35,581 nt of DNA from Chiloscyllium plagiosum (GCF_004010195.1 NC_057719.1:25533217-25568797), one strand, 5' to 3'; shown: positions 20,972 to 31,530, numbered from the stretch's first letter. A program made the numbers and translations. The notes: a model not told the origin generated them from the letters alone.

Positions 20972-21139
20972 TCTGGATTAGTGGTGCTGGAAGAACACAG
21001 CAGTTCAGGCAGCATCCAAGGAGCAGCGAAATCAACATCGATTTTGCTGTTCCTTGGATGCTGCCTGAATTGCTGTGCTCTTCCAGCACCACTAATCCAG
21101 GATCTGGTTTCCAGCATCTGCAGTCATTATTTTTACCTC
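20972..21139. mobile_element. Fold-back PLE-derived mini-insertion, 12-bp TSD TATTTTACTGAT
   Basis: TSD at 20960-20971 and 21140-21151. Inverted arms of ~62 bp centred at ~21036. Terminus CCAGCATCTGCAGTC. Confidence 0.9.
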
Positions 21140-21194
21140 TATTTTACTGATGGCAATTTTAAGCACTATACTATTGTACAAAACATTCTTCGCA

Positions 21195-21344
21195 TTGTAT
21201 GATCGAGACCTGCAGCACAAGAATAGGCCCTTCAGCCCACCACACCCGCACTGGTCAGACACAATCAACTAAATATCCTAATCCCATTTTCCAGCACTTG
21301 TCTCATTGCCTTGTATGCCTTGGTATTGCAAGAGCTCATCTTAA
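21195..21344 (-). mobile_element. CR1/SINE-type 3' tail fragment
   Basis: CAGCACAAGAATAGGCCCTTCAGCCCA...CCTAATCCCATTTTCCAGCACTTG. Confidence 0.6.
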
Positions 21345-21346
21345 TA

Positions 21347-21545
21347 CAGGCCGTCTCTGGGTTGCAAACGGGTTTCATTCAAGAGTTCATTCACAAGTTA
21401 GAACAAAATACAGGGCAATGCAAAGCTGCCGTTCATATTTACTGTACAGAAAATGTTCATATGTTGGGTCTTTAGAATTACACTCCTGAATGGGATCATG
21501 TTTTGAGTCTTCATTAGTCAGACGTTTAAAAGTGGGGACGCACTA
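21347..21545. mobile_element. Tigger/TcMar-like MITE
   Basis: TA|CAGGCCGTCTCTGGGTTGCAAACG ... AAGTGGGGACGCACTA|TA gives degenerate TIRs with TA flanks. Confidence 0.55.
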
Positions 21546-21584
21546 TACTTCTTAAATGTTATTTCTGCCTTGACCACACTCATG

Positions 21585-21910
21585 AGACAAAAAAAACTGC
21601 AGATGCTAGAATCCAAGGTAGACAAGCAGGAGGCTGGAAGAACACAGCAAGCCAGGCAGTGTCAGGAGGTGGAGAAGTGAAGATTTCATGTATAACCCTT
21701 CTTCACGACTGGAGGTGGGTGTTAGGGGAGCTGCAGATAAAGGTGGGGGGGTGCAGTTTGGTAAAGTGGAGATAAGTGGGGACAGGTAGAGGGTAAGAAC
21801 TGGTCGATGGGAGGGATCAATCCGTTAGGTGGCTGAGAAGAGTGGAAGGGAAGGGGAGGGGCTGGGAATGGAGTCAGGGGAAAGGAAGGGAGGCTTTTTG
21901 AAATTGGAGA
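21585..21910 (-). mobile_element. PLE 3' end (further subfamily), TSD ACTCATG
   Basis: Terminus AAAACTGCAGATGCT. TSD at 21578-21584 and 21911-21917. Degenerate hammerhead on the minus strand (GTGAAGAAGGGTTATACATGAAATC). Confidence 0.75.
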
Positions 21911-22025
21911 ACTCATGGGCAGGGGCAATCCAGAGTGAACCAAATGGCATTAGTCAGTGTTCCATAAGGCCTACATTATAAGCAGAAAAGAAACAGATGT
22001 GCTTTTGTTTCTTTTTCAAAATGAG

Positions 22026-22266
22026 GCATCACCATTAACACAAGAAACAGAGAACAATCAGTTATGAACATTAGCCTGTCACTTGCACTTGTGAAAATTT
22101 AGTTGAGGAGAGAGGAGAAGGGCGGATGGCACAATCCAGATACAGTCTTCAGCTATCATGGTGTGCTCAGGGCTGCTTAATTTCATATCAGCAATCACCC
22201 CCTGAAACTAGCACAATCGCTGGTGAACACACTGTTGGTGTTCAGTTTTGGGAGCAATATGCAAAG
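22026..22266 (+). pseudogene. Possible decayed exon
   Basis: Pyrimidine tract upstream. Reads ITINTRNREQSVMNISLSLALVKI*LRREEKGGWHNPDTVFSYHGVLRAA*FHISNHPLKLAQSLVNTLLVFSFGSNMQR. Ends at AG|ATATGT, possibly a mutated GTATGT, in phase with the next exon, but the implied intron is only 55 nt. Confidence 0.3.
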
Positions 22267-22321
22267 ATATGTACTTGTGTTTCTATTGACTGTTGTGCTA
22301 TTTTCTCTGGTTTTCTTTCAG

Positions 22322-22421
22322 GCTGAGTCATGCTCTGGGTTTTGCCCTCAGTAAAGAAACAAAGGCTCTAGCCACTGACCCTAAAGGAAGCCTCGTTGAG
22401 AGATACAGTGACCTCTGTGGT
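22322..22421 (+). pseudogene. 100-nt exon with an open frame, (R)LSHALGFALSKETKALATDPKGSLVERYSDLCG
   Basis: Strong acceptor TTTTCTCTGGTTTTCTTTCAG|G and donor GGT|GTAAGC. Only one of the three frames is open. Confidence 0.6.
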
Positions 22422-22797
22422 GTAAGCCCTTACCACTCTCGTCTTTCAGTGGATTGCAGCACTTTGCGATGGGGATTCTGACATTGAGCTACAATGATGT
22501 TCAAGCCACCAATTCAGTTAAAGAATTGATGTCTAGTTAAATAATTCTCATATACAGTCAATAAGGAAGAAAAGTCTGAAAGAAAAATTTACACAGCGCA
22601 AAATATTAATGAAGGCAAACAAATGGGATGATGGCAGAACCGACGAACAATTATCATGACTGAAGCTGGAGATGTGCACTATCACCCAGCCCCACTGGTC
22701 TACAAGTCATAACATACAAAAAGTACTTTTTCTAATTATGAAGAAGACCAATTAAATGTAGGGTGTAGGTTTGCTCGCTGAGCTGTAGGTTTGATCT

Positions 22798-22837
22798 CCA
22801 GACGTTTCATTACCTGGCTAGGTAACATCATCAGTGG
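22798..22837 (-). ncRNA. Minimal type I hammerhead ribozyme motif, intact core
   Basis: CCA-CUGAUGA-U-GUUACCU(AGCC)AGGUAAU-GAAACGUC-UGG. Stem I is CCA/UGG, stem II is 7 bp, stem III is the palindrome ACGU, and the cleavage triplet is GUC. Confidence 0.8.
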
Positions 22838-24002
22838 CGACCTCCAAGTGAAGCAAAGCTGTTGTCTCCTGCTTTCTATTTATATGTTTGTCCTGGATGG
22901 GGTTCCTGGACTTTGTGGTGATGTCATTTCCTGTTCGTTTTCTGAGGGGTTGATAGATGGTATCTAGATCTGTGTTCTTGTTTATGGCGCTGTGGTTGGA
23001 ATGCCAGGCCTCTAGGAATTCTCTGGCATGTCTTGGCTTAGCCTGTCCCAGGATAGATGTGTTGTCCCAGTCCAGAGAATTCCTAGAGGCCTGGCACTCC
23101 AACCACAACGCCATAAACAANNNNNNNNNNNNNNNNNNNNNNNNNNNNNNNNNNNNNNNNNNNNNNNNNNNNNNNNNNNNNNNNNNNNNNNNNNNNNNNN
23201 NNNNNNNNNNNNNNNNNNNNNNNNNNNNNNNNNNNNNNNNNNNNNNNNNNNNNNNNNNNNNNNNNNNNNNNNNNNNNNNNNNNNNNNNNNNNNNNNNNNN
23301 NNNNNNNNNNNNNNNNNNNNNNNNNNNNNNNNNNNNNNNNNNNNNNNNNNNNNNNNNNNNNNNNNNNNNNNNNNNNNNNNNNNNNNNNNNNNNNNNNNNN
23401 NNNNNNNNNNNNNNNNNNNNNNNNNNNNNNNNNNNNNNNNNNNNNNNNNNNNNNNNNNNNNNNNNNNNNNNNNNNNNNNNNNNNNNNNNNNNNNNNNNNN
23501 NNNNNNNNNNNNNNNNNNNNNNNNNNNNNNNNNNNNNNNNNNNNNNNNNNNNNNNNNNNNNNNNNNNNNNNNNNNNNNNNNNNNNNNNNNNNNNNNNNNN
23601 NNNNNNNNNNNNNNNNNNNNNNNNNNNNNNNNNNNNNNNNNNNNNNNNNNNNNNNNNNNNNNNNNNNNNNNNNNNNNNNNNNNNNNNNNNNNNNNNNNNN
23701 NNNNNNNNNNNNNNNNNNNTCTCTCCCTCGTAGCCCTACACATGGATGAAAAAAAAAACACCATTTCGACTGGGACAACACATCTATCCTGGGACAGGTT
23801 AAGCAAATACATGCCAGAGAATTCCTAGAGGCCTGGCATTCCAACCACAACGCCATAAACAAACACATAGATCTAGATACCATCTATCAACCCCTCAGAA
23901 AACAAACAGGAAATGACATAACCACAAAGTCCAGGAACCCCATCCAGGACAAACATATAAATAGAAAGCAGGAGACAACAGCTTCGCTTCACTTGGAGGT
24001 CG

Positions 24003-24042
24003 CCACTGATGATGTTACCTTGCCAGATAATGAAACATCTGA
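24003..24042 (+). ncRNA. Degenerate copy of the same hammerhead motif
   Basis: CCACTGATGATGTTACCTTGCCAGATAATGAAACATCTGA, with ACGT changed to ACAT and a stem II mismatch. Confidence 0.55.
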
Positions 24043-24295
24043 ATATCAAACCTACAGCTCAGCGAGCAAACCTACACCCTAAACCTCAACCTGAGCTACA
24101 AACCTTCACAAACCTTGCACCAATTAAATATCTTATCTATATCAGGTTTTAAATAAGAAGATCAATTAACCAAATTTCTTAATAAATGCAGCTATTGGCT
24201 TATTATCATAACAGTGCTGATTCAATAAAACACAATAGTTGGTTAACATACACAATCAGAAATATAGAAGTGTATTCTTTTAAATATCCCTAAAA

Positions 24296-24479
24296 TACAC
24301 CCACAAACAGTCACCCACACACACAGACCCACGCATACACACACAGTCACCCACACACACACAGTCACCCCCACACACAGACACACACACACACACATAC
24401 ACGCGCACACATCTATAGACACACATCTATGGACACACATACGCACACATTTATGGACACACATATAGACCCACACACA
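24296..24479. repeat. Imperfect (CA)n-rich microsatellite
   Basis: Direct observation. Confidence 0.9.
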
Positions 24480-25307
24480 GAGTTCTAGGAAAAGTGAGAA
24501 AGAAATCTCTGTTGAGTTTAGCTTTCTGGAAAACAAAAAGGTTTGGCCAAAGAGTTATTCTTGAAGGCAGAGGGATAAAGCACAGAATGTTCCAGAGTAT
24601 GATCTTCTGGCATTGTGGTCAAATCGTTAAACATAATGTTGTCTCTGACCTCCTGCAGACTGTTCAGCAAATACAATCTTGAGCTGTTCCTTCAATGAGA
24701 CTTTGAAAAGAACAAATGGTTTTCATCCTGAAATCAACAAGAACATTTTTGTTTTTCTGAAAAGGAAGAGATCATCTAGGCTGCATGGTCTTTGCAGGCT
24801 TCCCTCCAATTCAGTTTGATTTTTATAGGCTTACTTCCAATTCAGAATGTCTTGAGACCATTCACTGTTAAAAACAGCTCCAGCATGATCTACAGCAAAC
24901 AAACAGTTATCACCCATCATGTGATTCTCAGGAAGTCTTGTTAAAAGAATTCTCTTATATCCACAGTGAACTTTCAATGAGCTATTTTATCAAACAACTG
25001 CAGGTATTTCCACAGATTCCATCTAAATAAATCTGTTTTCTATAATCATCAAAACATAAATCCTCCTCCTAACAATATTAAATATGAAGTCATTCTGGAA
25101 CACTTGCACTCCTGGAAAAAATAAACACTGTTTTTAAACTGTTTCATTGTAAAGTGTGAACGAAACAAAATTATTTTTAAAAGTTAAGACACATTCACAC
25201 ACATTCTCATTCAATCTTGTCATTGACACATATATTTATCTTTGATACCTTCTTAGCATTTAGACAATTCAACCGGGTAACTTACCTGACAAAACATTGG
25301 CAATTCA

Positions 25308-25641
25308 AGGAGGCGATGACTTAGTGGTATATTCACTGGTCTCAGAAACCCAGGTAACGTACTGGGGACCTGGGTTTGAATCCTGCCACGGCAGATGGTG
25401 GAATTTGAATTCAATAAATATCTGGAATTACGGAACTAATAAGGACCATGTGTCCATTGCTGATTGTCGTAAAAACCCATCTGGTTCACAAATGTCCTTT
25501 AGAGAAGGAAATTGCCATCCTTACCTGGTCTGGAGTACATGTGACTCCAGACCCACACCAATGTAGTTGACTCTTATCTGCCCAGTGGGCAATAAATGCT
25601 GCATAGCCAGGGATGCCCTCATCCCGTGAATAAAAAAAAAA
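25308..25641 (+). mobile_element. Full-length shark tRNA-derived SINE
   Basis: Head GGAGGCGATGACTTAGTGG, B box GGTTTGAATCC, poly-A tail. Homologous to 18638-19187. Confidence 0.88.
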
Positions 25642-25759
25642 CTACACTGACTTTCCTCAAAATGTGTACAATCTTGAAAAGGTGTTAAAAACTGAAAAAG
25701 ATTCCATCAAAATAGTCTGGCATTTTCATCTTTTTTCCCATGAAGTCTGTGCCAATGTC

Positions 25760-26345
25760 TCACTGTCACCGTACAGACATAAACTTAAAAGCATTTTTCA
25801 TGATAATGTATTGCTTTTTGTGTCAACTTAAGTTGAAACAGAATTGTTTCCACTCCAAAGTCACTAGCATTTACAGATACCTTGAAGGGTTTACTTTAAT
25901 CTGGTCCAGACCACACTGATTCATTGATCAAGATAACTTTCAACTTCTCAAAAGGTGCTTTGCATTTCTGTGACCACTTTACTTAACTTTCTTTTAGGAG
26001 AAAATTGTCGGTGGGCAGTCACAGTGCTGAAATGTGGTACATGCTTGCAATAAAGCCCATGTATTCCCAAAAATCTCAATATTTCCCACATTACTTTAGG
26101 GGCAGGAAACACAAAAGTCTGCACGTTTGTTGTTATACTCAGCATTTTACTCCCATCTTCACAAATTCACTTTTGGCACAATTTATCATCAAATCAGTCA
26201 ACTGTAATTCCTTAAACAAAGCTCCTAGTTGTTCTAAGGGATCCTCCCAAGTATCACAATGTATGAATGCATTAACAAAATAAACTACACAGTTAGGAAT
26301 ACTAACTACCACTAGATTCATCTGTCTCTGGGAGATTGCCAGTGT
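25760..26345 (-). mobile_element. Decayed Gypsy LTR-retrotransposon pol (RT and RNase H)
   Basis: QRQMNLVVVSIPNCVVYFVNAFIHCDTWEDPLEQL...INCAKSEF (degenerate YLDD region), FPAPK..EILRFLGIHGLYCKHVPHFSTV, KPFKVSVNASDFGV. Confidence 0.85.
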
Positions 26346-27465
26346 TTTGTGAAGAAGTAACAAAAAGTGTTGATGAGGGTAATGATGATGATGTGGTGTA
26401 CATGGACTTTCTAAAGGGCTTCAATACAGTGCCACACAACAAACCTATGCCAATATTTATAGCTCAGAGAATAAAGAGACTGTTGCAATGGGGATACAAA
26501 ATTGGTTGAGTAATCAGAACTAGAGTAGTGGTCAATAGATATTTTCAGGAAGAAGGCTTGTAGTGGAATTCGCCAAGATTGGTATTGGGAACTTTTCATT
26601 TCTTGACATATATTAACAATCCAGATCTTGGAGTACAAAACAAGTTCAAAACTATGGATGGTACAAAGCTTAGAAGCTCTGTAAACTGTGAGGAGGACAA
26701 TGTAGAACTCCAGAAGAACTAGACAAGTTGGCGTAGTGGTCTGATCATGGTAGATGTAATTCAATGCAGAAAAGCGTGAGGTGGTGTGTTTTGTAGGAAG
26801 AATTTGGAGAGATAATATAAAAGTGGGCTACAATAGTTAAAAAGCACACGTATTTGTGTACAGATCATTAAAAGTGACAGAACAGGTGGAGAGAACAGTT
26901 AATAAAGCATACTGTATCTTTGGCTTTATTAAAGGGAACATGGAGTTACGGAGCAAAAGGTTATACTTAACTTATGCAAGGCAGTTGTTAGGTCTGGCTG
27001 GAATACTGTATATAGTTCTGGGTACCACACAATAGGAAAAATGTGAACGCAGTAGAGACAATTGAAAAGAGGTTTACAAAAATGGTGACAGGGATGAGAA
27101 ACTTCAGTTCTGAGAACAGATTGGAGAGGTTTGGTAATGTTCTTATTGGAAAGAAGGCGGCTGACAGGCAATCTGACAGAAGCTTTCAGAATCATGAGAA
27201 ATCTGGATAGAATAGATAGGGGGAAAAACCCTTTCCACTTGTTAAATGATCAAGAACAAAAGGGCACAGTCTTAAAATGATTTGCAAACATAGGAAATTG
27301 GATGTGAGAGAAAAAGTCTTTTCAGATAACAGGTGGTTCAGCTTTAAAATGCCGTGGAAATGTCGCATAGGTGTCAATTCAATCTATCAGGAGGGCATTA
27401 GGTGATTAACTGAGCAGAACAATTTGTAAGGGCATAAGAAAATGCCAGAAGAATGGCACAAAGGC
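26345..27465 (+). mobile_element. Decayed CR1 LINE (RT to 3' region); its tail probably resumes at ~29213-29252
   Basis: EEVTKSVDEG..DVVYMDF, LEYCI*FWVPH, RRRLTGNLTEAFRIM, RTKGHSLK. Confidence 0.85.
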
Positions 27466-27466
27466 A

Positions 27467-27833
27467 TAATAAGACCATAAGACATAGGAGCAGAAAGTGG
27501 GCCATTCGGCCTATCACCATTTGATCATGACTGGGAAGGTTGTCAACCCCATTTTCCCACATCCTCCCAGCAACCTTTGATCCCCTTGACAATCGAGAAC
27601 CTATCTATCTTGGATTTAAAGATATTCAATGACTTGGCCTCCACAGCCTTCTGTGGCAATGAATTCCACAGATTCACCACTCTCTGACAGAAGAAGTTTC
27701 TCCTTAACTCCGTTCTAAAGGGTCTTCCCTTTACTCTGAGGCTGTGCCCTCAGGTCCTCATCTCTCCTGCCAATGGAAATATCTTCCCAACATCCACTCT
27801 GTCCAGGCTGCTCAATATTCTGTAAGTTTCAAT
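27467..27833 (-). mobile_element. CR1 3' end with (CTTATGGT)-like tail
   Basis: ETYRILSSLDRVDVGKIFPLAGEMRT*GHSLRVKGRPFRTELRRNFFCQRVVNLWNSLPQKAVEA. Confidence 0.9.
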
Positions 27834-27843
27834 AAGTTTCAAT

Positions 27844-29192
27844 CAGCCTGACATTGGTGGTGAACAAGTTGTTGGAGGGAATCCTGACAGACAGGATTTA
27901 CACGTAGTTGGAAAGGCAAGGACTGATTAGGGAGAGTCAACCTGGCTTTGTGCATGAGAAATCATGTCTCACTAACTTGATTGAGTTTTTTGAAGAAGTA
28001 ATGAAGAGGATTGATGAGGGAAAAGCAGTGGACATGATCTATATAGACATCAGTAAAGCATTCAACAAGGTTCTTCATGGCAGACTGCTTACCAGGGTTA
28101 GATCACATGGAATAGAGGCAGAACTAGCCACTTGGATACAGAAATGGCTTGAAGGTAGAAGACAGAAGGTGGTGGTGGAGGGTTGCTTTTCAGACTAGAG
28201 GCCTGTGACCAGCGGTGTGTCACAAGAATCAGTGCTGGGTTCACTGCTTTTTGTCATATATATATATGATTTGGAAATGAAAATAGGAGGTACATAGAGT
28301 CAGCAAGCTTGCAGATGACATCAAAACTGGAGATGTAGTGGACAGCAGAGGAGGTTACCTCAGAGTGCAATGGGATCTTGATCAGATGGGCCAAGGGGTT
28401 GAGGACCGGCAGATGGAGTTCAATTTAGATAAATGTGAGGTGCTGCACTTTGAAAATGCAGATCAGGGCAGAATTTGGATACATAATGGTAAGGTCCTGG
28501 GGAGTGTTGCTGAACAAAGAGATCTTGGAGTGCAGGTTCATAGCTCCTTGAAAGTGGAGTCGCAGGTAGAAAGGACAGAAAGGAAGGCACTTGGTATGCT
28601 TACCTTTATTTGGTTACTGCATTGAGTATAGGAATTGGGAGGTCATGATGCAGCCGCACAGGACATTGGTTAGGCCACTTTTGGAATATTGTATGAAATT
28701 TTGGTCTTCCTCCTATTCGAAGGATGTTGTGAAACTTGAAAGGGTTCAGAAATGATTTATAAGGATGTTGCCAGGAATGGAGGGTTTGAGCTAAAGGAAG
28801 AGGTTGTTTTCTCTGGAGCATCAGAGACTGAGAGGTGACTTATTCGAGGTTTATAAAATCATGAGGGGCTTGGATGGGGTAAATAGACAAGGTCTTTCCC
28901 CTGAGGTGGGGGAGTCCAGGACTAGAAGGGGTAAGGTTCAGGTGAGAGGAGAAAGATTTAAAAGGGACCTAAGGGGCAACTTTTTCATTCAGTGGGTGGA
29001 GCATGTATGGAATGAGCTGTCAGAGAAATTGGTGGAGGCTGGGACAATTACAACATTTAAAAGGCATCTGCGTGGGTATTTGAATAGGAAGGATTTAGAG
29101 GGATATGGGTCAAGTGCTGGCAAATGGGACAAGATTAATGGATGTGTCGGACCGAAGGCTCTGTTCTGTACTGTACATCTCTATGACTCTAG
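27844..29192 (+). mobile_element. CR1 (HER1-like) LINE, RT region and 3' end
   Basis: ORFs 27908-28198, 28338-28625 and 28804-29229 are CR1 ORF2 pieces (SCLTNLIEFFEE, KLADDIK, RLRGDLFEVYKIM). Confidence 0.95.
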
Positions 29193-29449
29193 ATTCCCCT
29201 TCATTGATGAGAATGGTCTCCTTCTGTAACAATTCTGTGATTCTGTGATTTTTAGTCTGAATAGGATTGCTTGAAATAGGAAAATGCTGTGACAAAGATT
29301 AATATCTCATTAATCCTGGGTGTTAAAGAAACATACAGTATCTGTTGTAACAAATCTATTTTAGTAAGGAACATGGTAGTGTCATCCCTTTCAGTACATT
29401 CTTCCAAGTAAGAAATTAGGTAGGGATTTACCATCATGACTATAAATAT

Positions 29450-29990
29450 ATGAAACAGATGTAGAGGTAGTCCATTCAACTCATTGTGACTGCTCCAATA
29501 TACAATTAGGTCATGGTGGACCTGCTTGTGTTTCGAGTCCTATAATCCCATCAATCCCCAATAACCTTTGATTCCTCTGCCAAACTAAAATCTATCCACC
29601 TCTGTCTTGAAAATATTCAATGACCCCATCTTCACCAGCTTCTGATACAGAGGGTTTCAACCTCACATAACCCTCTGAGAGAAAATACAATTTCCTCATC
29701 TCTGTCTTGAAAAGGCAAGGCCTAATTTTAAACTGTGCACCGTGGCTCTAGACTGACCCACAAGGGGAAACAAGCTCTCTACCTCTACCTCCACCTCGTC
29801 AAACCATTCGGGATCTTAAACACCTCAATCAAGTCACTCTCACTCTTCTCAAAGTCCAATGGAAGCAAACATAGTCTGTCCAACTAATCTTAAGATACAT
29901 ACTCGCTCCAGTTATCAATCTAATAAACCATCTCTGAACTCTTTCAATACATTTACATCCATCGTTAATGAGGACACCAACACTGTACAC
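29450..29990 (-). mobile_element. Decayed CR1 3' region
   Basis: Minus strand reads RRVRVT*LRCLRS...SRATVHSLKIRPCLFKTEMR, followed by a tail. Confidence 0.75.
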
Positions 29991-30034
29991 AGATATGCTA
30001 GCTTTATCTTATATGGAGTGATTGAGCAGTCTAG

Positions 30035-30440
30035 GCCTGTACTAGAGTTTAGAAGTATGAGAGGATATCTAATTGAGTTATCTAAGTTGTTAAAGAGGAT
30101 GACAAAGTAGATGTAGAGAGATATTTCTTCTTGTGGGGTAATCTAAAATGAGACGCCATAGGTTTACACTGAGGGGTAGCAGATTTAAAACAGAGAACAG
30201 GAAGAATTATATCTTTCAGGTGGTTCGTGATTCTGTGGAACTCACTTTCCTGGAGTCCAATGGATACTGGGAGATTGAATAAATTTAAACAGGTTTTTAA
30301 TTAGTAACAGGTTGAACGGTTATGGTGAGCAAGCAGGAAAATGGAATTGACCAAGGTGCGATCCGTTGTAACCATGTTAACTGGCAGAGTAGGCTAATGG
30401 GGCTGAATTGTCTACTCCTGTTCCTAGTTCTTATGTTCTT
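30035..30440 (+). mobile_element. Decayed CR1 3' region
   Basis: LEFRSMRGYLIELSKLLK...RFKTENRKNY...LWNSL, with a (GTTCTTAT)n tail. Confidence 0.8.
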
Positions 30441-30717
30441 AGGTGTTCAAGATGTGGCATTACAAATGCCTTGTAAGCATAATGTTTTACTTTTATGTTC
30501 AATTTGATGCAGAATCTGGTTCAACCGACTCCATAATTAGACCTAGTAGACTCGGAGGTGATGGGATGTATGAGTGTGTATGTGCGTGTGTGTGAGGGGA
30601 TGAGGGCAGGAATGGGCTTGTTAGTTAACACAGTGGATTTCATCTTGGACTGGAATCCAAGATAGTTGAGTTCGAGAAGTGTCCATACAGCAATTGTAAC
30701 TGGTTAGTTAATCAAAC

Positions 30718-30879
30718 CAGAAAGTGAGGACTGCAGATGCTGGAGGCCAGAGTTGAAAAGTGTGGTGCTGGAAAAACACAGCAGGCCTGAAGAAGGGCTT
30801 ATGCCCGAAACATCAATTCTCCTGCTTCTCGGATGCTGCCTGGCCTGCTGTGTTTTTCCAGCACCACACTTTTCAACTC
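30718..30879. mobile_element. Fold-back PLE-derived mini-insertion, 13-bp TSD TAGTTAATCAAAC
   Basis: TSD at 30705-30717 and 30880-30892. Inverted arms at ~30750-30787 and 30842-30880. Hammerhead CTGAAGAAGGGCTTATGCCCGAAACATC at 30787-30814. Confidence 0.9.
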
Positions 30880-31403
30880 TAGTTAATCAAACTAGACAGG
30901 ATTAGAAATGGGCTGGTGTAGGAAAAAGAGCAGTTTTCTCAGTAACACTTGTACTGCTACCCTGAATTTGGGATTCAGGGAAACATTGGAGGAGAGATGA
31001 GAATGTTTTTCCTTTATGTCATTGTCCTGTGAGAGCTTATTAACACATCCATCATCGGCTAATTTTTCATCTTTAACATCAAAGTCTTCCTAATACTGTT
31101 GCACTCTCTCTTTCTAGACTATTAGAAACAAAGCTGAAGGCAGATATAGAGTCTGACTACAGAGAGATATTGGAAGATTTTGCTGACTGCTCCTTATGTG
31201 GACAGCTCAGTGCATGGACCAACTAGCTAAGATGCCTGCTATATTCCATGACATTTGATTACTTCTTGTGATTCCACAACTGTTTACAGGATCATATATT
31301 TCACTGCATATACTTTACATTCTGTTATCAGATTGAACAATTGCCAATTTTAAACTAACGGTGATAAACTAGAAACTTATAGGCCCATCAATCCAGTGTC
31401 AGT

Positions 31404-31530
31404 TAGAATCATAGAAACCCCACAGTGTGGAAAGAGGCTCTTCAGCCCATCAAGTCTGCCCCAAAGAGCATCCCATACAAACCCAGTTCCCCCCATCCCA
31501 TAACCCTGCATCTTCCATGGCTAGCCCAAC
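31404..31530 (-). mobile_element. HE1-type SINE 3' fragment
   Basis: TAGAATCATAGAAACCCCACAGTGTGGAAAGAGGC...CCCTGCATCTTCCATGGCTA. Confidence 0.7.

Larger units (their letters stand above)
22758..24118. mobile_element. Penelope-like element (third family): two inverted copies of the GIY-YIG end and 3' region around an assembly gap, 11-bp TSD ACCAATTAAAT
   Basis: TSD at 22747-22757 and 24119-24129. 22758-23070 is the reverse complement of ~23768-24081. Encodes DWDNTSILGQAKPRHAREFLEAWHSNHSAINKNTDLDTIYQPL. Confidence 0.9.
22652..25102 (-). mobile_element. Possible Gypsy-type LTR (~1.1 kb net), interrupted by a PLE
   Basis: Minus strand begins TGTTCCAG after a purine-rich PPT-like remnant and lies downstream of the Gypsy pol remnant. 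The left boundary is uncertain. Confidence 0.35.

Noticed and set aside
22957..23883. ORFs of 258-266 aa
   Set aside because: Artefacts of the N gap.
24243..24536. Cys/Val-rich 97-aa ORF
   Set aside because: Translation of the (TG)n microsatellite.
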